A stretch of DNA of 55,286 nt, filler included, from Sphacelaria rigidula (GCA_964200075.2; 6 parts of 6 records of this genome joined end to end with filler, not necessarily neighbours in it), one strand, 5' to 3'. Shown: positions 23,745-44,749, counted from the whole stretch's first letter. Notes: a model not told the origin generated them from the letters alone. Numbers and translations are program-made.

Positions 23745-24023
23745 ATCAAGTCATCCGGCATGGCGTGTACCGTGATCGTCATGGTGCTATTCCTTGTCAC
23801 GAAGGTCAAGCTTTTATGTTATTTGTGTCCCAATCGGATATTTCGGGGTATGGCGTGTACTTTGATCGCCATGTTGCCATCGTTGGTGACGGGAGTCAAT
23901 TTTTCGCGTCATTCGTGCCCCGATCAGATACTTACGAAATCTGACGAATGGCGTCAAAATTTGACCCCCGTCCCCAACGACAGCGGTATAGCGGTCACGG
24001 TACGTGCCATTTCCCAAGACTGT
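23745..24023. mobile_element. Degenerate MITE-like element (90-bp direct repeat plus inverted copy)
   Basis: ATGGCGTGTAC..TGATCG occurs at ~23760 and ~23850, with an inverted copy ending GGTCACGGTACGTGCCATTTCCCAAGACTG|TA. Confidence 0.45.
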
Positions 24024-25439
24024 ATATACTGATTCAGTGTGTCGGCGCGTTATTCAAGCGGGCTTTCTCCGATCGTTAGTACAAGTATGTGTGGGAGGTT
24101 GTAGGCTGTTAGGATGTGGGCTATAGCACAGTGGCATGAAAACACAAAAAAAACACCAAATGTGCCGATGAGAGTTTTGAACATTCGATCCAGGAAAAGC
24201 TTCCCCATCCCCATGAGGAGTGGCCTCAACCCTTTCACTGCGAAGCAGTCTATTTGAGGTCATACGTGCCAATGCACCACGTTGTGTAGTGGTTTTCGAT
24301 AAACAGAACGTGATACCATCTGGTTAACGTCTAAAACTATAGTTGCAGAGCTGCCAGATAACCTGAAGGTATTCTCCAACCGGTTTGACATCGATTGATT
24401 TGTACTTGTTTTTGCTCCTCTACATCTTTGGCCATCCTTTTTGTACTGCGGGTACATTTTGTCAGTCCGGTATACAAGGTCTTTGTATTCGGCTGCTCTT
24501 CGTGAATACAGGGCTAACCCTTTCACCACCAAAGGTGGCCACCTGCTAAATCAGCAACATTGTAACTTGAAGAAAGACTGAGACCCGGATAACCCGCCCT
24601 GTCGGCTAAGGGTTACATTATTCCTCGGCAACCTATGAAGATTTCGATCGCAAAGAGGACAGTAGCAGCGCAATCAGACCACAACCCGTGGAGCGTTCTC
24701 GGAAAGCTCTGTTACATGCAGACTGTGTGTTCCCAGCGAGAAGAGAGGTGCATCGTACAGCACACTGGAGTTCACTCCAACCCGTCGCCAAACTTTGTTA
24801 TTGAAAAATACATAGTTCCAGTGGTGACCATCATAATAGAGGTTTTGGGAAAATGACAGTCCGGGCTTTCTCTCGTGTGCGCAGCACTCGTTTTTGCTCA
24901 AATCGGCGCCTGTCTTGGCGCCGGTCCGAGCACTTCCAATGCACATTGCGCAGGGCACCCTCTGTGGCCCTCTGATCTGAGAGTCCTTCATATGCCTTGG
25001 GTTGAGATCAAGGTTAGGGTTAGGGTCCGGATTCGTCAAAGGAAACTGTATTTTACGCATGAATTGTGGCAGTAGACAAAGATGGCGACTAAGCGAGCAA
25101 GCAAGCAAGACCGCCAGAAAGCAGGACCGCGGGCTCGAAGCAGAGGCCAGTGTCATTTGTCAAGCCGCTACAACATCGATTGCGGTCCGGTTCTCATGGC
25201 GCTTACTCTTCGTGAAATTCAAATGTCGCCTTGAGTCTCGTCTCCCGAAGCTCCATGATATGCTCCTATGGTGCCCACCCATTGTGGGTAATCAAACCAA
25301 TAGGGGTGGCTTTCTACGTAACGCCAAGCGAAATTGTGGACGCCGAGACCTGCAAGCCCACTTGCGGATCAAAATCTCCCCCCTCACCAAACCAAGCCCA
25401 TAATCATCGCCTGAATCCATTACACAGCTTGGGGAGCCG

Positions 25440-26776
25440 GCAGTTCGGGCGGAATCTGAAAGCATCCTTGGTCGTGCCTGGCGTAGCGTGGTGTCAGAAG
25501 CAGTAAGCGAGAGAGAACGCCGGGAAAACGTGATCGCACTCGCTGCCCTCTCTGAAGCAAGCGAGGACAGCAACGAAGAGGAAGTGACTCAGGACTGCCT
25601 GGAGGATGAAGGCACGAAATCTGCGCTCAAAGAAGACGGGGCGGATATCAAAGTCTCCCTACCTTTGTCTTCCCCGGAAGAATACGGTGCTTCATGTGGC
25701 CTTCAGAGAGCGGCAGGATGCTTCAAACGCCAGATCGCGTTGCTCAGGACCTTGGACCGCCTCTCTGCACCACTGCCCACCTTGGAGCCCAAGGTTCCCG
25801 CGTAGATCAGACTCTCAAACGTTAACCTCAGTCACGTTGCTGTATTTTTCAGGCAGAGTGTGCATCGAATCCCACCGCAGAAAAGAAGACGGCCTACCAA
25901 CCCATTCACACACGTGCAGTGTTCGGATAGTAATAGCCAACCAAGTCAACGCAAATTGGTCGAGTGCCGCAAGCATGTCCCATCGAAGAATTGAACATCC
26001 TTCAAGTCTTCGTGCGCTCCACCCACCAGGTCGACTCCGTGCAAGATATCACTCCGGGTGCCACTGCTGGCAACAGTTTTGAAGGTGGGGAAATGACAGA
26101 AAATCAGACATTTGAGGACAACCTCCACACTGCGTCAATTCGAGCGTTACTGGAGCTCGGGGAAACAGCTATGGATTTAAAGCAGTTCGGCTCTGCTATG
26201 GGCATATTTCAGCGACGGCTGAGGTATGCCTTCTGGAGATCTTCGAGCGCGGTCGTTCATCGAGCATCGCGTAGTTTGGAATCCAATCCAAGGCACAATA
26301 GCGTGGTCTCAGACTTCGCGTATTTGAGACCGGGTGTACGATAAATGCGGACTGGACGGCGCAGTAGACGAAGCAAACGTAGCGGACCTGCATATGAAAA
26401 GAGCAGCAGAGGAACTAAGTTTCTGCCGTTTGCATAATCAAATGTCGACGGCCATGCTCTCCAACGCTTCCAACACAGGCTAGCAGAACACCAGCTCACC
26501 CGTCTTTTGGCACGTTCAAAACGCGGCGATCTCCATGCTGCCTGCTTCCAAGTTTCGGTAGAGGTACATTGCCCTACTTCGTCGACCGAGCAACCGAATG
26601 CGAAGAGACCTGCGGTTACTGCGGAGTGCTCGAGGACACTGGCTGATGGTGAAGTGTCCAATGGATGTCATGTGATACCGGTGGAAGCGATGCTTGATGT
26701 CGCAGAAACGTTGTGGTGGCTGAGCCGAGCATACTGTCAGCTGCATGTGGGGGTAGACCTTGCGCGATGTCCCAGG
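25440..26776 (+). pseudogene. Frameshifted relic of a helical-repeat (TPR-like) protein exon
   Basis: Successive protein-like segments in shifting frames (LQRAAGCFKRQIALL; ASIRALLELGETAMDLKQFGSAMGIFQRRL; ADLHMKRAAEEL; MLDVAETLWWLSRAYCQL) ending at a donor-like CAG|gtgagg. Several stops and frameshifts. Confidence 0.35.
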
Positions 26777-27292
26777 TGAGGTTCTCCCGCATGTGAGGAA
26801 CGAGACGAAGACTATGCATTATTGGTCACAATGATGCATCCCCACCCGATACTAGCATGCTGCTCTTGTGGTAGCTTATGATAACATCATAGCATCATAA
26901 TGGGATCGTGATAGAACTTCCACGACGGTACCATCGCACCTCATGTCATGCCATTGGCGAGAATATTTGTCATGACGTGGGAATTTGCAAATGTTCGTGG
27001 AACAATGAAGGTGCGGCGTGACCGCGAACGTATTCAGCCCTAGCCAGAAGCAACACTCGAAGCAATTGTGCAGAGAATATTAGATGAATGTAAATGCAAA
27101 CGAAACGCGCACTAGATCGCAGTTTGGTGAAGGCGTTCAACATTCCCCATGTGATGCACGTTGGCAGAATGGGCACAATACCCTACAGTATAGTGATCTG
27201 ATATCTTGCCTCCGTGACATTACAATGATACTAATATAGAAATCACGTGCCCCCCATTTATTAGCCTTGTATCACTGCAGTTTCATGGTTAT

Positions 27293-27347
27293 GTCACGGA
27301 TGAGTCACGGATGAGTCACGGATGAGTCACGGATGAGTCACGGATGA
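27293..27347. repeat. (GTCACGGATGA)5 perfect tandem repeat
   Basis: Read directly from the sequence. Confidence 0.9.
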
Positions 27348-27595
27348 GAGTGGCACATAAATACCATGCCGGATTCATGGAACTGTCATTGGACGCTGAG
27401 GATCGAGCGTAACAGGGTCTAAGGTTTTGAGGTTACCTAGGAATGAATCGTAAAGCCGGTCGCCCCGGTGGCTCAGTTGGTAACCTCGAAATCTTCCACG
27501 GTTAGGACAAATCATCACGACTAAGAATCACCAAATTCACGATTTCTTCGGCCTGATTGCCCAACTGGGAGAAACAAGTTGATCGCTGGTCCAAG

Positions 27596-27695
27596 NNNNN
27601 NNNNNNNNNNNNNNNNNNNNNNNNNNNNNNNNNNNNNNNTTAATTAATTAANNNNNNNNNNNNNNNNNNNNNNNNNNNNNNNNNNNNNNNNNNNN
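27596..27695. other. Artificial contig linker
   Basis: N44-TTAATTAATTAA-N44. Confidence 0.97.
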
Positions 27696-35791
<8,096 letters not shown>

Positions 35792-36826
35792 GTACAAGGA
35801 CTTGGGCTGACCGTGCGTGTGGGTACGGGAAAAAGGGGGCACAGGTGCAGTAGGTAAAGCAACCACGACTGTGCGCATGTTTTTTCTTTTCTCCCCTCTT
35901 CTTGCGCCGAAAAAACTTCGTTGAATGGCTGCGAGTGAAATGTTGCGCTAGTTCAACGGTTGTAACGTGTTCACTGTAGGTAGGCTTGTGCCGCTTTCTC
36001 TGTATGCATACATTTACACACATAGATACATATACACACATATATGTTTGTGGCGACCTCGTACGTACTTCAAAGTATGAGCGTAACGGACATCCAAATT
36101 CGCACGTAAGCCGGAGAAACAGTTCCAGGAACGGAGTCTGCCAGTGACACACATGAGCCGACTCGAAACGTTCAAATCTGATAAACTGGATCTCTAGAAA
36201 CCTAGGTAACAGTATCTCCGGTATATGAACTCCGAACAATGAGAGTCACCGCATGAATCCTGGTTGAACCGGACCGGTACAGCCGTGCCGACCCGTTCAC
36301 TCGTCATTCTAGCCTACCCTTGACCACGGTCGAATCCTTCCCTAAACGTCAAAGAGAAAATCACGCCTTGCTTTGGAGATCCTTCGGCAGCAGGGCACGA
36401 CCACGATCTACTGCCTCACCTCGAGCGAAGCCTGTTTCACATGTTCGTGTTTTGTAAATCGATCGGGTTTTTTTTGTGGAGCCTTAGCATACGCAAATGA
36501 AATCTGGAATCTTGCTACCGATTTCTGATCTGTTCGCTGTTTGTTTTTGTTCCTATTTTTCGTGTTTTTTTGTAATACATTTATTCGTGCGTTCATGTCT
36601 GCTGTCGTATTTTGTACGCTACAATACGCTCCACTGTTTAGGCGGAGAGATGCAAGGCATGCACGTATCGTTCGCAGAGAGTGTCAGATGACGAACAGTA
36701 TTATGATTTTGTAATATTCGTGCACGTTTGCTCATTGTCTGTCTTTTCCCAACTTTCCCCCCCCCCCCTTCCCCCCCCCCCCCCCTCCCCCCCTCCTCCC
36801 CCCCCCTCCCCACCCCCCCCCACCCT

Positions 36827-36926
36827 NNNNNNNNNNNNNNNNNNNNNNNNNNNNNNNNNNNNNNNNNNNNTTAATTAATTAANNNNNNNNNNNNNNNNNN
36901 NNNNNNNNNNNNNNNNNNNNNNNNNN
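36827..36926. other. Artificial contig linker
   Basis: N44-TTAATTAATTAA-N44. Confidence 0.97.
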
Positions 36927-38086
36927 CACTTATGAGCCTCTTTTTTCGTGCAACCAAATACCCCCCCCCTATCGTAGGATGACTCAATGGTCCTCACCGA
37001 GACCCGTTCCTCCGAATACCATAACAACGGTGATGGTGATGATGATGACAACATAAATAGTATCGATGATGTTAATGAGCGTGTCAGTGGTGCGCGAAGT
37101 CGCACGCTCATGAGAGACCACGGTGAACGAATCGGTCACATTCCGTCTTCGGCACCCGTCATTACAGCACTTTGAGTCCACCTCTTGTGGCAAAACAGAA
37201 ATAAAAATCTGGAAACTGCCTTTTCGGAGCTACGGCGTCATATCACGCCCTGAACGAGATCTAGGCAGTTTGTCGTGTACGACCCCCAGTAATAACATAT
37301 CGTGAATGCCGTAGTCGCGAAGCTCTCTGAATCACATGACACTCTTCTTGTACCGACGGAGTCGTTTTCCGCATATTTGCAGTGGTCGACCTTCATGTGC
37401 CGTCGCGACTTGTACATTACTTGTCGCACCCGAGGGGTCCACGTCAACAAGATATATTGCCCATTATGAAAGGATTCTTCAAGAAGCCTCTTGCACAATA
37501 TCTACCACCTCCAGACGATCGTCGGTCAAAGACATTTAAACATGCAAGCACCGCATCGAAGCCCGACGCTGTGCTACTGTCTCTTGTGTGGCCAACATAA
37601 TGTTCCAAAGTTTAATCGTGGTCAGGTATTCAGCGAAAATAAGTACTGCTGATTGTAAGGTCATTGTCGGAGCCTCTCTATCTTGACCCATAGGGGGGAA
37701 AGCGGGGAGTTCTCTCGCAAATATGCACGTCGTATGATATTTATATATATATATGTATATATTGGCTAGCTCGTAATCCTGGACGAGCCAGGCCTTTCTG
37801 TTCGGTATTTTTTTGTGTTTCGTTCATCCGCATGCGCGCCATTTTTTTTTGTAGTATGTCATTGTATTTCGTTAATTGATGTGTAACCGCTGTTTCTTCG
37901 TATCTGGTGTTCCCTCATTTGGATGGCTTGCCCTTGCTCTAAATGCTTATTTCCTGAGATATACAACTAAGACCGGTTGCCGTTTGCAACTGTGACAACA
38001 GAATTGCCACGTAATCTGCATATAAAAAGTATTATCCACCCTGTGCTGTTTACGCAGATCGTTATGTACAAATGTAAGCGCTTTAA

Positions 38087-38194
38087 TCATTTTTTGCCGC
38101 CCTTCCCTCCTTTTGATGCCTTGGCCTTGCTGCCTTTCGCTGCCATCTCGGACAGATCTTGTTCGGCAGCCAATGCTTCCTTCTTTGCACTCAC
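38087..38194 (-). CDS. Probable terminal exon of the same uncharacterised protein (Lys/Gly-rich tail)
   Basis: T-rich intron end ...ttgtaatcag|GTG, then VSAKKEALAAEQDLSEMAAKGSKAKASKGGKGGKK*. Phase 0, compatible with the 44405 donor, which implies a ~6.2 kb intron unless exons were missed. Confidence 0.55.
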   Translation of the reverse strand: MSAKKEALAAEQDLSEMAAKGSKAKASKGGKGGKK

Positions 38195-41029
38195 CTGATT
38201 ACAAAATTTGTCAATTATTTAGAGCATAAAAAAAATAAATCCCAAGAATCAAATCCGATGATTTATATATGTGTGTGTGTAAAGCTCACGAAACTGCGAA
38301 ATACGAAATACACAGAAAAAGGTACTCGTCGAAAAATGTAGTTACAGCAATAATACAAAAACCAAGATTCATTAAACTTCCACACATCCCACAGTGCGGA
38401 AAAACCCTAAACATTTACTTCTTTCTATGCAAAGGTGGTCAAAATTCAGGCTTGGACAACCCGAGGTGCCGGAAAAAGACCGAAAAAAACAGGAAATTAT
38501 TAAACGAAATCTAGGGCGACGTCCATGTATTCCCAAGTTGTGAGAACTACCTCCAGCTAAAGAAAAAGGTTCGATCTCCGGGCTGACAAAGTACTGGTAT
38601 CACAACTCGCAGACGTGAGGGACAAATTCTTGAGCTGCGAGAGTATCATTCTTCAGGCTTGAAGTAAAATGACTACGAGGAAGTGGAGAACATAAACTGG
38701 CCACGAGACTGAGTGCACCACTTGGTGAAAGAGAAACATTCCGATATCGATGATGGATCGGAGCGGATTCTCAGCCTTGAGATGTAGCAGAATTCTTGTG
38801 AGCGAAGACCTCAGCTTTTCAGATGCAGCGAACCCTCAGCGGTTAGGAACCCTGAATTTCCCCGAAAAACTTTGTCACGAGGGTATAGATCTCCCCTTCC
38901 TACGAAATTGTGATGTTCGATCGTATGGTCAAATCTTCGTCGTTGAAGCTTGTCATATCATCCTTTGATTTGTAACGCCACATACAAAAGGTAATAATCT
39001 AAATATCCAACATGATAACATGCACTCTTGAAAAGATCCGACGATCCAAAGTTTCGAAGATGACAGGATGGATGAAACCATACCAAAGGAGAGACGGGGG
39101 TGGCAGAGGGTGTGGCTGCGCGGCATTCCTTGGGTAAAACTAGCTTTGAAACTGATCATGGGAGCAAGTGAGTCGATCCATCTCGACACCCGTGCAAATG
39201 CGGTTAAAAGCAGGAGGTTTGGACGAAAGATCGCCCCAAAATAATGGAATGACGAATTGGGGAGGAACCGCGGTAGAATGCGCGCATCAGACAGCTAATT
39301 GTAACGATCATGTGCGCATGGAGAAGGTTGGAGGGCTTGTATACCGCCAAGACTTCGCCCACGGATTAGGGGATTTCTTTTCAGCAAATGGAGTACGCTT
39401 TTGAGTTGCTCGATGAGGTTACATCCTATCGATTGAGAGGCAGGTGACCCGAACAATAAATTACGGCATGCTCAGAATGACGTGAAGATAATGAATGGTA
39501 CAGTCGACACCGCTTTAGAGCCGCTCTGGGTAAGTCAACTCCCCGCAATAAAGATGCAAAAAAATTCAAACCGTGGTGCCCCGCAGATGTAATGTAGGTG
39601 GGGGTCCGGAATCTTAAAGACGATTCTCCGCGTTAAAGACGCTTGAAAAAAAACATAACACGTACGTCTTTAAAGCGGGGTCGACTATATAGTAGTAGAG
39701 AAATCGTAGCATCTTCCTAACAGGGGCTGGGAATCAAAAACTTCCCGAAATACATATTTCCGCAACACACAAACCGCTCGTTTCTGTGTATTGATGTTCA
39801 GTAAAACGGGTCAAGTTGGAAATATATTGCGACACTGCTGCATCCTATCCGGTGGGCGATCCATCCGGAAATACAGAACTTCCAGGGTGCAAGTGGACCT
39901 TGTGATGCGCACCACGACATCATATGGAACGAGATTCACGCTGGTTTGTCGCCACACAATCAATATGGCTGTTTCAATCGGGGGTTGTTGGTGCAGACGC
40001 GAAGATTCAGATCTTTGGGGACATCACACTCCCAGGTGCTCGCCAGCGTGTGCAGCAGCGTACGTTTTTCTTCAAATCGGCACCGCACGGCGCAGATTAA
40101 GAGTCTCCCGACCCACACTTTGCCTAGGATACCGTCTGGACCATCGATCCTCGAGGGTTCCAGCTTTCTCTTTGGTTTGGGTTAGGGTTGAGTTCACGGT
40201 GAGGGTTACGGTTGAACAGTTTCAACAGTATGACGATCCTCCTCGCTACACCATCAGGCATTCAACTGAATGACCACTGCGTACTGTTGATTGGTAACTC
40301 ATTTCATGACACAAACAATGAATACGGTACTTTCATCAGCAAATCCTGCCTGTTCCTCCTCATGACTTTATCGTTTCCGCCCCTTTTATCGAGTTTCTCT
40401 CAGCTGAAGTTTCGCATATCCTCTTAGGTGACGTTAATGTTATGGTCACGGCTAGGCTCGTAGCGGAACAGTGGATGTACAACAATCATTGACCCACCAA
40501 CCGATCAATCAATTAGTTACCTTGGCTATCACTTCTTGAACGATGTCGTCCCTGTCCTTCAAGTATGGGAGTAGCGCGGTGTTCACCGCGGCCTCTCGCT
40601 CTCGAATGAACTTCAACTGTACGGACAATCAGAGACAAGGATCTCATCGTTTCACTGGGGAAGGGATCTCCACCGCAAGAGTATTCGTAAAAGAAAGCAA
40701 GCCACGGAACATCAGCAGTGGCGTACATGGATACACGTGAACACCCTGCGCAGTCCAGAAGACTGAAAAGTAAAATTTCTACCATCCCTAATAGTGGCGT
40801 AATCTCTCGATAGCTGAATCGTAACCTCCGTCGCGGCCTTAGCTCTTGTGGGGTTTCCTCACCCGAAGCTGGCGAGAGGTTGTCGGGGTATTTCCCTCGG
40901 GGCCGTTCACTAGTCCTTAGCCCGGCGCCTAGATCAAACTTTACTGTCTGCTTCCTCGTTGTATTTTTTGCCGCTTTTGACGATTTTCCTTTCAAGTCAG
41001 AATTTTACAATTTTTGGATGGATTTTCAC

Positions 41030-41389
41030 TTCGAGGATAAGTCTTGGGAACCTTCGTAAGCATAGAACTATTTTTGAACATAAAAAATGCACGTGCACTC
41101 TCCGGCCGTGATGTGTGGCCTCGTTGATCCTCCAAAACATTCCATCCGCAATTTGTAATATGCCGTGTTGATCACGATCGAACAATTTCGACCTCCATGC
41201 ATTCCTACGCAGAAAAAAACATTCTTATTTGTCATAATCCCGTGTTCACACAGGATTTTACAAATTGCGGATGATTTACTCTTTGAAGATGAGCGAGGCC
41301 ATACATCACGGCCAGACAGTTCATTTGCATTTTTTTACCCGAACATATCTTCGATGATTGTGAAGGTTCTCAAGGTTCATCCTCAAAGA
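41030..41389. mobile_element. Long inverted-repeat MITE-like element
   Basis: ~41030-41167 is the reverse complement of ~41249-41389 (e.g. CATCCGCAATTTGTAA / TTACAAATTGCGGATG). Confidence 0.7.
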
Positions 41390-41662
41390 CAGAGATCCAT
41401 CCACCATTCGAAGAATCCCGTGCTCTTAGCGAGCGTGCTCCTTTTCTACCTTGGTAACGTCGATTTTGTGACCATGTCTGCAACCGTTCCGGACCAGTCA
41501 ATACGTTCCTGTCCATTGAGCCGACCAATCACCCGAGCAACCAGTCAATCATCGCCTGGCACTGGAGCGAGCAAAATGGTTTTCGGGGAAACTGAAAACA
41601 TCTTCCATCCAGTTCAAGCAACATGTTTGGCCCATGTACCCGTGGTGTATGGGAACCGACAC

Positions 41663-41976
41663 TTTTTTCCTTCTTTTTTTTTCCCTCACACTTTGAGCCC
41701 CTCCCCTTCCTCGGGATGAGTCCGTGGTCTCAAGGGATCAACCCGTCTCTCCCTCGGTACGTGCTTTTCATTCTGATCTCGCGGAATTTGATCAGCACTC
41801 CCGCACCGCGTCAACTCACGTCACACAGACCCTGTCAACTACTTTTGTTTACTCACGTTCTCACACTTTCCACGGTGGAAATCATACATTACGAAGAAAA
41901 AACCCAACGCATCGGGAATCGAACCCCCCTTCTTTCAACCCCAATGGCGACAGTCGGACCATTACACCACCGGGGC
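41663..41976 (-). mobile_element. tRNA-derived SINE
   Basis: On the minus strand: GCCCCGG, A box TGGTGTAATGG (41959-41969), B box GGTTCGATTCCC (41914-41925), a body containing GACCACGG, and an A-rich tail (41663-41682). No complete cloverleaf. Confidence 0.65.
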
Positions 41977-42013
41977 GCGGCACTGCGTGGAAACTATTCA
42001 GACCATTAATCTC

Positions 42014-42313
42014 AACAACGTTTTCGTAAGATTGAGAGCAGAGCGCTGATTGAGAGTGGCTTGATCATTCGCTCTAACTTAGCCAATTTTTCATTCCTTG
42101 TGTGCGTTTCTTTGCCTCCATCACTGGCGTGTGCTTACAGCTACACGTCGATATCCTACTCAGGGATATCAAGGGCCTCAGTTGCAAGGTACTACAGGAA
42201 GCACATTGGGCCTCGTGGAAGTGTATTTCGGAGCTGAAACGATTCATTAACTAATTGACGGCTTTTCACTCTCAATCGCACCTTCTATTCTCAATCTCAC
42301 GAAAACATTTTTT
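42014..42313. mobile_element. MITE family A copy (uninterrupted)
   Basis: Same ~40-bp TIRs and internal sequence as 4709-5152, on a different contig. Confidence 0.85.
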
Positions 42314-42410
42314 CTAGCAGAAAAACGATGAAAGTGGATAGGGTGCCGTAGTGCTGGCCCAATCTTGGTGGGAAAATGTCGGGTATGTTTTGGGGGGGGG
42401 AAGTGAGGGG

Positions 42411-42450
42411 GGCGTACTCATTTTTTGCTTACCTCAGTCATTTCACCATT
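42411..42450 (-). mobile_element. Poly(C)-tailed retroposon, truncated copy
   Basis: GGCGTACTCATTTTTTGCTTACCTCAGTCATTTCACCATT; degenerate TSD GGTATGTTTTGGGGG / GGTACGTTCTGGGGG. Confidence 0.7.
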
Positions 42451-43391
42451 GGTACGTTCTGGGGGAAAGATGAATTGGTCGCTTGAGACTATGGGTTCGT
42501 TCCGACGAAGTGACTGAGAGTGCGACAAGCACAGAAATGACGTATCTGCCATGGGGAAGTCGCAGCTTCCGCTAAATCCATCTATGATGGTCCTATCACG
42601 CTCTCTTCATTGTGCATGTGTGCAGGTAAAGGCAGCTTCTCGACGACTGCGCAAAAGAAGTTTCAAGGTTGTGTTCTGTACGAGTATAGGATATACCCGG
42701 AAGAGGGGAATTTTCGGTTGGTTTACTAAACCATGACCGAAATGCGTACCGAACATTGCGGTATGATCCGGCAGGACGTTTACCAATAAAATACCTCCTT
42801 GATACTCCTGGAAATACCCGATTTTCAGCCGATATAACCTACAGGACGCAACCTCGGAAAGTTTACCACCATTTGGATCATTTCTCGAATCCTTTGCACT
42901 GACTCTGCCAGTACTCGAGATATGTGCTCGAAAACACGTACCGATACCCAACCCAATTAAACGCCCCGAGATGCCGACGGGGTAGCGACGAAGGGTGACA
43001 TGCAGCTACTGCGTCAGGTTGTGCCTCTTGAGCGATTACACAGGCAAAACGAAAGCATAGTTTTTAGTCAGAGCATGTGCCCAGAAAAATCAACACTTCG
43101 CAATTTCTCACTGCTTCATGTAGCTAGCGATGGACTCCAAACCCTTGACCCCCGGAGATCTGCGTTGACTTCTTGTGCTGAACAACTTCTGCAGATCGAA
43201 ATTCACGGATATTCCGGTACTCCCTGCATGCACACCTCCCCCTCTCGCTGTGGCCTATCTCATATTTACGGCATCTCAAATTCTGCAATGTTGAGGTTTT
43301 GGCGTTTTTCGAATGCCAAGCACAACAATATGTAAACTTACCGCTGTGAACTGTCGATGGCGGACACGAACAGCGTCGCAGGAAGGCCAAG

Positions 43392-43458
43392 CAGACCAAA
43401 CAGACCAAACAGACCAAACAGACCAAACAGACAAAACAGACAAAACAGACAAAACAGA
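43392..43458. repeat. 9-bp tandem repeat (CAGACMAAA)7
   Basis: Read directly from the sequence. Confidence 0.9.
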
Positions 43459-43527
43459 ACAGCTAGAAAGGATTCTCGTGCCAGGCAGTCGACAAAATTG
43501 CGCAAATCGTTCTGTTAACCGCCGATA

Positions 43528-43949
43528 ATCGAAATTGAGGATGGAGCTTGTCATCGAGGATGAGAACCCAGAGGATTAACATCTTTGTGTCCTCACCAAA
43601 TCTTCGAAATATGGTTCCATTCCTTCACCCACTGATAGCTATTGATAACTGCTGCGCGTTTTACAAATTAGGATTTTTTTAACCGAAATATTGGGGTCCC
43701 AGATGAAGAAACAATTTTGAGGAGTTTAGGTGATCAGATCGGATCGCCGAATTTCCCCAAAATTAGTTTTTTACATAGGACCCCAACAGTTCGGTTATCG
43801 AAATTCAAAATCGTATGACGTGTAGTATTTGTCAATAGCTACCAGTAGGCGAAGGAATGGAAACATATATCAAAGATGTGGTGTGGATATGAAGACTTTA
43901 GTCGTCCGGGTTATCATCCTCAATGAAAAGCTCGATACTCAATTTCGAT
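43528..43949. mobile_element. Fold-back (fully palindromic) MITE-like element
   Basis: ATCGAAATTGAG...CTCAATTTCGAT; the arms pair imperfectly along ~200 bp up to a centre near 43740. Confidence 0.75.
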
Positions 43950-44404
43950 GATCCGCTGTTTGTTGCGTGTTCCCGAACGACACGCGCCGGCACTGGTACG
44001 TTTTTTTTATTTTATTATGCCGTACTTATAGACGGCATTCGAGCAACTGCACTTAACGCTATTATACTTGACCCGGACGGACGAGATCTGGTCCCATTCA
44101 ACCGTTTGTTTGGGCGCGGCCGCCCGTCGGAGGAGCAAGGCTCGAGTAACCCCGACGTCATAGGTGAGCAGCTTCTCTCTACTGACGGACATCGTTCTCA
44201 ACGACAACACACATATATATTTTTCCTTCGTTCAAGAAACGCTCATTTGAAGACGGCAGCCTAATCAACTCCTGCGCATGCCGCAGAACAAGAAACGACT
44301 AGGTTCGTCAGCATTTCCATGACGATTTTGATCATGGGACCGATTCCATGACTGTCTTTCAGCTCAGCAGCGGGCCGGGTCTGCACCGTGTTACTGTGCC
44401 GCAC

Positions 44405-44749
44405 CTGCATGGCCATCTCTTCCTTCCCGGCGTTCACGCTCGCCAACCGCTCCGCCTCCCAGGTCTTGACGAACTCCTCGGTTTCCGCTTTCAACAGTGC
44501 TCGCTTGTCTGCTCTTTCTCTCACGTCTTCCGGTCCCAGGAGTTTTGTCGTTTCCGGGTCCGCCGTCAGTGGCGGCTGCTGTTGCTGTTGATGTTGCTGT
44601 TGTACTCTTTTGTCATCCGTCGTCATCCAGTCCGATGAGCAGGTCTTGCTGACATTGGTGCTTCCGGATGAAGGTGCCAATTCGGGCACCGAAAATTGTG
44701 GCAGTGCCGCGCGGCTGTATGATTTCGTCAACGTGGGCAGAGCAGACAT
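44405..44749 (-). CDS. Probable exon of an uncharacterised protein (Gln-rich tract plus charged helix)
   Basis: 115 codons, MSALPTL...VRERADKRALLKAETEEFVKTWEAERLASVNAGKEEMAMQ. It is preceded by an acceptor-like acgcag|C ATG and ends at CAG|gtgcgg (phase 0). No family recognised. Confidence 0.6.

Noticed and set aside
22220-24600. Long decayed - strand coding region
   Set aside because: The fragments look vaguely protein-like but carry no nameable motif.
27462-27595. tRNA gene (GCCCCGGTGGCTCAGTTGGT)
   Set aside because: Only an A box is present, with no B box or cloverleaf; probably a truncated SINE head.
38500-39550. Decayed retroelement pol on the - strand
   Set aside because: No RT, integrase or RNase H motif found in the frames examined.
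41900-41976. Functional tRNA on the - strand
   Set aside because: A and B boxes are present, but the acceptor and anticodon stems do not pair; treated as a SINE head.
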